Shown: positions 49,601-61,600 of the stretch, one piece after another | Numbering within the stretch: position 1 is the first letter of the stretch | Layout: the number at the start of each line of letters is the position of its first letter | Assembly: GCA_951804945.1 (NCBI GenBank) | Contig: OX638154.1 | Span: 77,748,001-77,812,000 of the forward strand | DNA: 64,000 nt | DNA from: Podarcis cretensis | Lineage: Eukaryota | Reading direction: 5' to 3' | Translations under genes and position numbers: made by a program | The notes under the pieces: model-generated | What the model was told of the DNA's origin: nothing | The model's input: the letters and a program-made list of their open reading frames with translations, nothing else | Databases searched by the model: none

Positions 49601-52600
49601 CGAGCGGTGAACCTAGAAGTTAAAAAAAGGACACCTTATTAAACTGAAAAGGCATTACTAAATATTCTTCAAAAAATAAAGTGTTTCAAAAAGCTAATTA
49701 AATTACCAAAACAGCTTAAAATGAAGGTGCAATAATGCAAGCAAGTTATATTTACAAATTAGACTAGTTCACAAATCACATTAAACTATTTTTTCCATTA
49801 ACTATGATTTACATGGTGAACAAGGAATATGCTAATGCATGCTGTTAAAAAGTTCTCTCTCCACTCCTCCCCACCCCATTGGGAAGAGGCCAGATCCTGG
49901 CTTGTAACGATGTCTGAACCTCGGTTCATGATTTGTTTCCTCCAAATAACCACAAGTGGTAAGCCAAAAAGAAACCTTGCTTACCATTCATGGCTTGCAT
50001 AGAAACAAACCATGAGTCCAGGTTCATACGTCACAACAAGCCACACCCTGACAGCTATACATTATTGGGAAGATAATGGCAATAGTACATATTAATGGTC
50101 TTACCCAGCCAACCGTGTCATTTCACGGCCTGCGAGAACTATCCTGCCAAGTGCTTGAGACATTCTCAGTAACATTCTTCCACTTTGGTAGTAATCCTTA
50201 AAGTGACAAAATGCGGGGTTGATCATGAGTAAGTGAGCAAATTGCATGCTGTCCACTGTAACTCAGCTCAGAAGCTTATTGCTTACCTCCAAAAGTTCCG
50301 CATGGGTACTATTCTGATGGCGAGGATGAGACAGGTTCAAAAACGGACGGCTAACAACCAGATAGCCAACGACAGTCGCAAGGTCTGAAATATTTTTTAG
50401 AAGTTTATTTCAAAGACAGCTATGAATACAAGGTTACAATGATTCTGAGGAAGATACATGGAGCCAACACTAAGCAGCAGCATGCAACTCTATTCTTCAC
50501 TTCTCGTCAAACCCACCTGTTAGACTCATTTCAGCTGGGTTTGTAGTTGTTTGGATCCAAGAAAGTGTGAGTGGAACTACGCTTGTGCTAGGCTACTTTT
50601 CCACACACCCACTCCTGACTAAAGAACCCCAAACATTTGTTCCGAGGGTTGGAGAGGACTGTCTTTGATGTGACATGATAGAGGTGCTACAAAGGAGTGG
50701 ATTATCTGTGGAAATGGGATAGCGGAGAAGTGCCCTTTGGCTTCTACAAGGTGTTTTTGGATCTAAGCTAACCAGTAGTCTTGTCAGGGCAGGACTTTGG
50801 GGCAGAAGTTAAGGGGATCTACTCCACAAAATGAGGAGGGTGCCCAAACACAGCAGAGTTGGCTGATGAAGTAAGTACCATCTAATTGAGTACACCACTA
50901 AGTGCACCACTGAAGTCAACAAATTAAGAGTGAGGTTATTATACTTCTTCTTCTTCTTCTTCTTCTTATTATTATTATTATTATTAATCATCATCATCAT
51001 CATTAAATAAATTTGTTAGTCGCTCTATCTTGCCAAGGACAACCTAAAGTGACTTCCAGCCAACTCCCCGCGCCCCAACCACTAATGCAATTGATTTTTC
51101 CTCCGGTGCAATTATCACACAAAAGGGCGAGGAGTGTTATGCACACTTACATTCGGAGAAGTTATGCACACTTACATTTGGCAACAATGGTATCTATGAA
51201 GCCCATAGTAAACCGGAACAAGATAAAATTGTGCAAGTGCTCTACCTATTGAAATGGGAAAAAGGGGGAGAATTATTTCAAGAGATTCTATATATTTAAA
51301 GCACTTAATCGATAGCTTCTAAAACAGTCTACTTCTCTGCCAAGCCAGCATTAAAATATATGTACATTTCTAGGAGCAATAAGAAAACAAATGTTGAAAC
51401 ACACTACAGTGCACAAGAGGGAATTGTTCCACCAAGGTTGGGCACTCCATATCCAATATCCCCCTTTTGGCAAGCTTGAAAATCCCAACTTCCGTTTAAA
51501 AAGGATGACTAGCCTTCTCACAAGTAATGCTAAGAAAACACATGGGAAAGGGTAATATGTATTTGCACGCACAATATTACGATAGGATTGTGCAGTGGAT
51601 TAAAAACAAACAAACCCAAATCCTTGGCCAAAGATAGGGTGCTTCAGAGGGATGTGTGAGCTGTATGAGGTACATTAAAGTGAATGGGTAAACACCTCCT
51701 GAAGCACTTTCTGGTGCCTTAGCAACTTGGATGCAAAAAACAAAAAACTGCTGCAGGCAACTTGTCTGCTAAAAGTAAAACTAATGAATCTAAGCATACC
51801 ACCTCAGAAAAAGGTCCGGGTGGAGTGAGGCAGTGCAGACACCGAGGTGGGGAGAGAGAGCACTGAATATCAGTGCGGCAGTGGGATGGCTGTGAGGAGC
51901 ATAATTTCCCATGGAGTTATGATGGGTGGGTGCTCAGCACTTCCTTAGCCTGCTTTCTTTCCAACTAGGCTCACTTCCACTCTTAAAGCCCAGCTGGGGA
52001 AGCAGCAAGCAGAAGGGCCCAGCACCCCGACTCATACCTTCATTGGGTGGAAATCTCACCCCTATCACTTACTGCGGTTGGGTGGTAATACATGTTTGAA
52101 AGCACAGGTCTGCCACTGTCTTGTTCAGTTCTGCCCATATTCCAATATACCGTATTTTTCACCCTATAGGACGCACTTTTTCCCCTCCAAAAATGAAGGG
52201 GAAATGTGTGTGCGTCCTATGGGGCGAATGCAGGCTTTCGCTGAAGTCTGGAGAGCGAGAGCATTCTCCAGGCTTCAGGAAGCTATCCGCAAGCCTTGGG
52301 AGCCCGCGGGAGTTCCCGCCGGGCTCCCACGGCTTGCGGATAGCAGCCTGCATCCCGAAGCCTGGGGTGCGCTGAACTCAGCGCGCCCCGGGCTTCGGGC
52401 AGATATCCGCAAGCCTGGGGAGACCGGCGCGACTTCCCGCCGGGCTCCCTAGGCTTGCAGATAGCAGCCTGTTCTGTGGGCTGGGGAAGCTCGGGCCTCC
52501 CTCGCCCCAGGGGGAAAAATAATTTCCCCCCCTTTATTTCCCCCCCCCCCAAAAAAACTAGGTGCGCACTATGAGCCGGTGCGCCCTATGGGGCGAAAAA

Positions 52601-55600
52601 TACGGTAACCCCCAAATTCCTGCAGCTTTTCTTTAAATCAAACATGTTTACAGCAAGTCGAAGGCCATACCATCCAAATGATAAAGATACACTATTCCTC
52701 CCCCCCCCCCCCCATTTATTCTTTTGTGGAAAACTTAATCCTCTTTCAAACCTTGCTAAATCCTTTGGGTACAAAGTCACTAAGCAACTTCTGCTTCACA
52801 ACATTCATTTATGTAAGCAACCTTGGGGTGGGTCACTAAATCGAACAGGATGATACAAAATGACTGCTTGGCAGATTGCATCCTTTTTAATGGTTACAGT
52901 GTTGGGTTAGGACTTGAGGGATCAGGAATCAACCCCTCATTTAACCATTAAGCTCAGTTACTGGGTAACCTTGCGCAGGTCACCATCTCTCAACCTGGCC
53001 TATCTCACAAGGCTGTTACAAGGACAGAATGGGCAGGGGGACAATCATATATGCCAAAGTGAATTCTATGGAAGGCAGGAAATACATGCAATACAATAAT
53101 ATAGCCTGTAGCAATATATGCCACAACGTAATTTATGCACTGTGTCTGGGGAAAATACAGATTTTTTTTAAAATGACATAATTTCATTAGATGATCATCT
53201 CATTAAGATATCCCTCTAGCTCTTCTGCAAAGAGCCATACACACACCATTCTGTTTCATGCTAACTTACCAGTTTGCGGAAAGCTTTGTGAATGGTTTGC
53301 TTTTCTCTTTGATTCCCATTATAGAAAGCAATTTCTTCACTGCAAAAAGGGAAATGAAAAGAAGAATGATGATAAAATGCAAGGACTACCTGCAACAAGA
53401 GCGACTAGAAATCAAACGTGAGCTACCTGTCCAGCAGAATGAGGCAGAAATCTAGTGAAAGAGTCAAGGGGCGACAGAAGGGACCACCCCCACCACTTCT
53501 GTCTGCAGGTAGGTGGTCACAATTTTGAATGCCCCCCCACACCAGTAAAAACACACACAAAACACTCACAAAAAACCTTGCAAGTCAAATATTAGAATAG
53601 AAAAGGGTGAACCTCTCTTCTTGCTAGGCTAAGTTTCTATGTGCAAGATTTACAAAAAAACAAATAGCACATGGGAGAATTCAAAAACATGATCCCCGCC
53701 ATTTGCATAGTAAAGCACTACTCTACCCTAACACTTCATTCTATGTAGACTATGCCATCTGTAAGCCACACTTCAAAGCTGCTACAATATCAATCCAGGA
53801 AAACTGTCTCTTCTTTGAAATGGCCCAATAATAAGCATTAAATAGTTCAGAATTTTTTAAAAAACTACAAGGAATTCAGGAGAACAGCTGATCTTGGGAT
53901 TGTGATAAGTGCAAGTTAACAATTTTTTGAAAATAAAGAAACACAGAAAGGATCTTATTTCTTAGTTGGTCTTTATGACCCCCCAGTTTGCCTTGAAACA
54001 AATGCATACCTATTGGTAATGAGCCGGGAATTGACAAATCTGTACTCTCCTTCATATTTTTGTTCCGTGATAGTCATTTTACCAATGGGCCTTCTTAAAC
54101 GTGTAAGGAAAAAGCCTGAAATAATCAGGTAGGCCATCATGGAAGCAGGGCCCTATAAATATGCAGGAAATACGACAAGAATTCCAGAACAAACTGGTTA
54201 GCAACCACAATTTTTTTAATTAACATTTTAGTTAACATTTTAATTAACATTAACATTTCACACGTACGTGTGAAAAAGACATTTATAAGCCCCCCCCCCA
54301 TGGACAATTATCTACAGAAGGATAAAACACACACTGTTCAAAGGGTATAACATTGAAGACATATTTGCACAGAAAATACTTAAGAACATTGCCTACAGTT
54401 GAAATCTCCAATGACACACAAGTTCCATGCAAGCAGACCTGTCCCATTCAATACTGGTGGATTAGCTGCATGCAAAGAGCATTTTGCAACCTTAACTGAT
54501 GAAGTAACATTTATTTACACAGAACCTCTCGATGAACTGCTGGAAAATCATAATAAAGGATTAAATGTGACATTTAGTACAATTTCCTAAGGAACATAAA
54601 GAACTCAGGTGTGCACACCTCATATTATGATTTATTAGATTAGAATAAATTAATAGCATAAAATAGTTTATTTACTTTATTTACTTCAATTATTATAATT
54701 AATGTCTAACAAGTGAGTGCACCCAAAGAGATCCAGTTCTATTTTTATGATTTACTAATGCCTATAAGAGATTTATTTCATGTCATCTTGTAAACCTTTA
54801 CTTTGTAAAAATTACCGTATTTTTCGCCCCATAGGGCGCACTGCCCCATAGGACGCACCTAGGTTTTTTTTTTGGGGGGGGAATAAAGAAAAAAAAATTA
54901 TTTCCCACCCAGGCGCAGGGCTGGCGCGGGGGAAGCCCGAGCTTCCCCCAACCCCAGCCCCGAGAGCAGCCTGCTATCCGTAGGCCTAGCGTGCCCGGCG
55001 GGAAGTCGCGCCGGTCTCCGCAGGCTTGCGGAGAGCTGCGCGAAGCCTGGGCGCGCTCTTCAGCGCACCCCAGGCTTCGGAATGTAGGCAGCTCTGCGCA
55101 GCCCTCGGGAGAGCGGTGCAACTTCGCGCCAGTCTCCCTAGGACCGCGCAGAGCTGCACGAAGCCTGGGGCTGCAGGCAGCTCTGTGAAGACCTCGGGAG
55201 ACCGGCCCGACTTTGCGCCAGGCCCTCTATGGCTGCGCAGAGCTGCCCCTGGCCCAGGGATGCAGGCAGCTCTGCGCAGCCCTCGGGAGACCAGCGTGAA
55301 GTTTGCGCCGGTCTCCCGAGGGTTGTGCAGAGCTTCCTGAAGCCTGGAGAGCGAGAGGGGTCGGTGCGCACCGACCCCTCTCGCTCTCCAGGCTTCTGCG
55401 AAAGCCTGCATTCACCCCATAGGACGCACACACATTTCCCCTCCATTTTTGGAGGGGAAAAAGTGCGTCCTATAGGGCGAAAAATACGGTGCATTGTCCT
55501 GGTTTGAGCATCGTGTTAAATCAGTTTAAAACAAGCTATAGTTTAATGTGAACAAATAGTATGCACTAGCATGCTGCTCATTTTCACCAAACAGTAGGTC

Positions 55601-58600
55601 ATTTTAATCTACGGTTTAATGTGATGAGCAAACTGGGCTACTACTGATCTCCAAACAGAGTTTTCCAAAGCTAAGCTATGCACAAGTCTTCCCTTTGAAG
55701 TCAATAACTAGGCAACTAGGTTTTTAAATCCTTATTCAAAGCTCAGCAAGACTAGTGTTCTCATTCAATTTACTGAGTTCTCCCCTACTTAAAATACTTC
55801 GAGGGAGCTATATACACAGATTCTTAAAAAACTTTCAAAACCCTCATTCAATTTCATTGAGTGCTCCCCTACTTAAGATTTTCCCTCAAGTATCTTAAGT
55901 AGAGGAGAACACAAGAAAACTGAATAAGAGTTTTGAAAGTTTTGAAAGTATCTGTATGTATGGCTCCCTGCAGTAAAGAAGACTTTAGGAATGCTAGGAC
56001 AGTATTATTTTATATTGACAACAATATATTCAAATCCTTCCTAACCTAAAGCTGAAATCCTATCCATGCTTAATGTGAGATTTACTTCTGAGTAAACATG
56101 TATTCAAGGAAAAAGTTAACTTTCTGGGGGGAAATGAACACTGCAGAAAACATTTCTCAAAGAAATATACTGATGAGACCAATAGATGCAGGACGGGCTG
56201 CAGGAGGCACTGGGAAAATTGGTAATATAATATAATATAAGCTGAACCACACACTGGAAAGAATGCAGACATGTGATAATTTCTTTTTTCACATGGTTGT
56301 ATCTACCTCAGACTGGATAAGGGATTTTCAGGACAAACACTTCCACAAAAAGTGACGTCGAACTATTGGCAAACCATTAGATCTGCTCAGAAATGGAAGC
56401 CAATGAAAATTCAACAGCTTGGCTATGATGCTATCACCTTCCAAGAGAGCATGGATTGTATACGCTGGTAACTTGTTTGTCTGTATGTTATAAAATTAGC
56501 CTATAAAGTTTCAACTGCAGCTTCCCCTCATCTTTCAACATATTTCCAGTGACGTCAGCATTGACTTGAGAAATTTTCAAGAGCAGTTGCATAATAAAAT
56601 GGCCTGGAGTGTTTGTGTTTGTGCTTTGGTTCCAAATGTTTCTGAATACTAGATCTATAGAAAATTCCCTGATAATACGTTGCTTGTGCAATGGAACAAA
56701 TGCGTCATTTGCAGAACAATTACTGTACATGGCGAAAAATGTGATCTTACCTGAGCTCCTATTGCACTTGTTAGCTTGAAGATATACAAAACGATATCCA
56801 AAAATGGCTGTTAAGAGAAGGTTTAATATTAGTTATCATGAGGCAAAAAAAAAAAAAAAACACACACACAACTTTCAAAAAGTACACAACTTCTAAACAA
56901 ACTCTCATGTTCTGCAAATAAACGTAGCTAAATTAGCCCACACAACACTGAAATATAAGATTTATATTCATTCTCCAAGAAATCAGACATTCCATTTATT
57001 AAGCAGTGGTTGGACATAGTTCAATACGTAACACCATTCGATTTACCGTAGATTCCGCTGTATTAGGCGACTGGGCGCATTAGACGACCCCCCAAATTGG
57101 CAGCTGCAATTTGGGGTTTCGTCTTCTAAGCCTAGTCGCCTAATATGCTGGGCAGCTCTGCACCAGGAGAAAGCCGCCCGGTGCAGAGCAGAGCCCGCCG
57201 CCCCTGCTGCTGCTTCCGAAGCAGTGCAGGGGGCGGGCTCCGCGCTGGGCAGCTTTCTCCTGGCGCGGAGCAGAGCCAGTCTCCCACTGCTTCCGAAGCA
57301 GCAGCAGGGAGGGGCGGACTCCATGCTGGGAGAAAGCCGCCGGGAGTGCAGCGGAGCCCGCCGCTGCTTCAGAGCCACCACAGCAGCAGCGGGGGGTGGG
57401 TTCAGCTCCATGCTGCCCATACCTGGCGTATAAGACGACCCCTGACTTTTTAACCTCTTTTCTGGGGTTAAAAAGTCGTCTTATACGCCGGAATCTACGG
57501 TAGGAAACGAAGAGTTCAAAACTTAAGACAATAACATGCATCAGCCTATCTATTCAGCCTATCTATTCAGTTTGTGTCATCTGCTCAACAGCTGTCTACA
57601 AACTGTCTCCGAGAAAGTCTTTCAAGTTTACGAGAGGACTGAAACAAGAGAGACAGCCGACTGGGCGTTGATGTGGCTTGGCAGACAAGAAGCTACAGAT
57701 TGCAAACATGGTGTTGTAAGCTGCTTAACAGAATGTGTGGAAAGAAGCAGCAGCTCAACTGAAACTACATGCCCTAAATGAAAGACACTGAAGACATTTG
57801 CAGTGTAGTACCTAATAATTTGTGGACTATAACTATCTTTGATGTGGCTGACTCAATCAGGTAATGCGCTGGACTTAATGCAAATGATTATGCTGGAATT
57901 AATGCAAATGATTATGCTGGACTTAATGCAAATGATTATGCTGGACTTAATGCAAATGATTATGCTGGACTTAATGCAAATGATTATGCTAAACAGTTAC
58001 ACGCTGATATTAATATACTTCTATCCTACAAATATTAAAATGATGTTTAATTATGCAGATTATGGGATTACCAAAGAATGGCTCCTCTTTAATCTTACCT
58101 TGCTAAGGTTTGAATACAGGTCTACTACACTGTTACAAAACTTTTCTACATCTTGTGTCAGCAGCTGATCTGGATTGGCTATTCTGTTGTCCAGATTCCC
58201 CATTTTGTAATAGGTATAAGTCCTAAAATGTGTGGAAAACAGCGAGTTAGATTAATGTGGCATTTTCTACTGAATCATGCATTTTATAAATAACTGATAG
58301 CATGTTTAACAATTAAGCACATGATTTAAGACTGGTTTAAATTTAAATTTATATTAAATCATTAAAAATATTGGAGGGAGGGAAATTAGTCACTTACTGA
58401 AGATATTGCTCATATAGGTACTTGGTGAGTCGAACACGGAAACACAACTTAAGCTCGTTTAGCCCGTACTTCAAGAAGTTGTTCACCAGGGAGATCTATG
58501 AACAGCAGCAGTACAATGTTACACAAACTCAAATAAGTTAAATAAGGATTGCTTCTTCGCATCAGTAAGAGGGCAAAGTCTAAGCTGCATGAAACCCTCC

Positions 58601-61600
58601 ACCTTAGATTAGCTCAGATGGCATGTTGAAAACCAGGATCATCGCCCAATTGAATAAATCTTGGGCTGCAATCCCATATAAGATTACTCAGAAGTATGCT
58701 TCAATAAACTCAGTAGGAATTACCTCTGAGGATCATGCATGGGATCGTGTTGTCAACCTACATAAATTTGTGTTCAAAATAGTTATAAACAACAACACCG
58801 GCTTGGATCCAGAGAACTGAGTGGAAGGTGTATTAGTGCCATTTCCACGAAATATCATGTAAGGAAATAGAAAACTTTCCACTGCCTATGTCTACTAGGG
58901 CTGATAGGAGTTGCAGTTCAGCAACATCTGGAGGGCCAAAGATGATCCACTCCTGGATTCAAATGGTGTTGTTTTGTTACCAGTGTGCTGCCAAAGCTTC
59001 CTGTGTCTGTTATGGGGTTTGTTTTGTTTTTATGATTTATTTATTTATGGTTGGTTGTGCAAGAGGTTATATTGGGATTTGGGGCTACATTTCTCATACA
59101 GCACTTTCCCCTAAGGTCAGAAACAGCTCTTTAATGAGCAGTGAAGTTTTCCACTAGTAGAACACAACCTTTGTATACAAGCCATGCTCTTTTATTTTAG
59201 ATGATGCACACAGGTGTCATTGAATCATCCCCTCTTCTCTCACATATCGGAGAGAACGGCTGTTTTAAGATGACACTTGCCATCTGCAAATGGCGAATCT
59301 GCTCATCTGTGAATTAGGGACACTATTTCAAGTCCAAGTACTCTTAAATATATTATTAAATTGATTAATCTGATCCATCAACTACATGTGGCATCCCTAG
59401 TCTAAATCCTGCAGCCACAAAGTGATATCACTTTTTAAAGGCTGAAAATGCATGTACTTCATCAGAAGGAAGGACTATTCAGTTATTTTTATGTTGGAAC
59501 ATATTCAGTTATATTTATGTTGGAACATATTACTTTAATGTTTTATCATAATATTCATATTATAATAATGTAGACCTCTTAAACAAGCAGATCAAACAAG
59601 AGAAAAGGTATATGGGTATTATCTTGATTTACAAATAAACTCAGTTTCTTGATAAGGGCTTATTGGATGTCATTCAGCTGTTTAATGGGGGGAGCTACAC
59701 ACAGTATGCTATTTATGAATTTTAGAAGGGTGGAAAGGTTGTTGAGGCTATCTACCAAGTTTGGGTTATTAATCTAACTGCTCTGTATACACTAATGCCT
59801 GTCTATATTTTTTGCAGTCACAACACTCTAGAACAAGAATGCATTTTTCTACAAAATGTTCTAACACTTGTAAAAAGCACTTTCTCATCTGACCTTGAGG
59901 CCAAAAATGCCAACAGAGTCATATGTTAGGAAAAAGATGAAATACACTTAAGAAGGTATCTATTTCTATTTCTTAAAAAAGAAAATTCATAAAGTTGTTT
60001 TTCTTTCCTGCCCCCCTTGGATCTCTAATGACCACTTCTCACCAGTTGCCAATACCATATTTATGTACATTTTTCTTTAACTAAAAATCTTGTAGAGGGA
60101 TGAATATAAACTAACATGAATAGCTAACATTTCTTCATCTTAGCTGCTGTCTGCATTTAAAAAAAATTACTTATACCCCTAAATACTCTGGATGTGGAGT
60201 ATTTCACACACACCCTCAACCTTTAAACTGGAGTCAAATTTATCTCACTGCCTTTAAATTAAAGCATTATATATTTCTTACAGCCCTTTGGTATTAATTA
60301 TGACCCTAGATGCATGTGCAAGTTTTTTTTTCTTTTTTTTTAAAAAACCCATGCCATTTCAATTTTTAAAACACAACAGCTAACTTTGGAGCTCATCTGA
60401 GAAGTTGGAATTGGTCACGTTTACAAAAGCGATGTCAACACTTACAGCAGGCATAGCAGCGATGAAGTTGAACAAGTACCTCTTGAAATCTTTTCTGCTG
60501 CGGCCAATGATAGCACTGCAAACCACCACATGCAAAATGTTAGGCGTAAGGGAAGCAAAGCCCATCCCACAATGGTTCCATGAAGGCAAAGTAGAAAGCC
60601 ATTTAAGGTGAACACAGGACAAGAAGTTCAACAAAGAAAGCAGCAGGACTCTAGTTCCACCATACAGGCATACAGATGCGCTTCCACATCTGCCAACAAA
60701 GCAACAGCTGGTCTACCGAAACCCTTCTCTGCGTTTCCACTGCAGCTCTAAAACAACTAACTATAGAGGCTGTTAACATGGGGAAGGCTGCGGGTCTTCC
60801 AGGAAGCTTTCTCTCTCCATGGAAGGAAACAATAGGGCTGTCACCAAACAAGCTCAGTGTTGAATTCCACCCCTCCACGATGTACAGGTGCCCAACTTAT
60901 CACTATGTCCTCATGTCCTCTCCTCATTCTCTATCGTTCAGCTTCTGTTCACAAAGAAATATGCATCCCAATGACCTCAGGACACCGGGATGGGGGGAGG
61001 AAGGAGCTATAATGGGCTACCACTTGAAGAGGCAGTTTCGTTTCCTTTGGAAATAAATAAATAGCATTTGGCCCACTGAGCCCAAACGTTTTGATTAGGA
61101 GGATTAGAAATGAAGAAAGGTGTGTTCCCTCCCCCCAAAAAATGTGAGGAGAAACCAAAAACAGTGGAGGGTGGGGAGAGGGCAAGGTCAGGAATGGGTA
61201 GGTGAATGGCGACAAGGGTTTAAAAATGTAGTGAGGACAGAGAAGTTCTGACCATTTGGTAATGCCTTCTCATCTAGAATGAGAATTGAAGAGAGCCTGG
61301 GGAATTATTTACTTTGTTCTCTCTTCTACCTAGGCAAAGGGGTTTATTTTGGAAGAGGTAGAAAGCAACAGTGAAGATAACCGACACCATTCAGTACAAC
61401 TTCTAAGACCATACATTCTGAAGCAATTAAAATAAAAAAATGGAAAAGCCACAGGAGCACCATAAACTGTACAATTTAGTTGACGTCATTCAAACTAAAT
61501 TTCAGAAGACATAAACTGGAAGGAAAAAGCTAATTGCTTCAGTTATGCATCAGTTATCACAGCATAAATGTAACAGGTGCATGCTAATATTAACAATATC

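Noticed and set aside
54798-55507. Cluster of overlapping GC-rich ORFs and apparent CpG islands (also 52078-52552, 57043-57541)
   Set aside because: All lie inside TIR-bounded MITEs with internal subrepeats; no transposase motifs
57868-57990. CRISPR-like array
   Set aside because: Head-to-tail repeats with no spacers, in a vertebrate intron
57839-58168. ORF with LDLMQMIM repeats
   Set aside because: Translation of the 24-bp minisatellite, antisense to ABCD3
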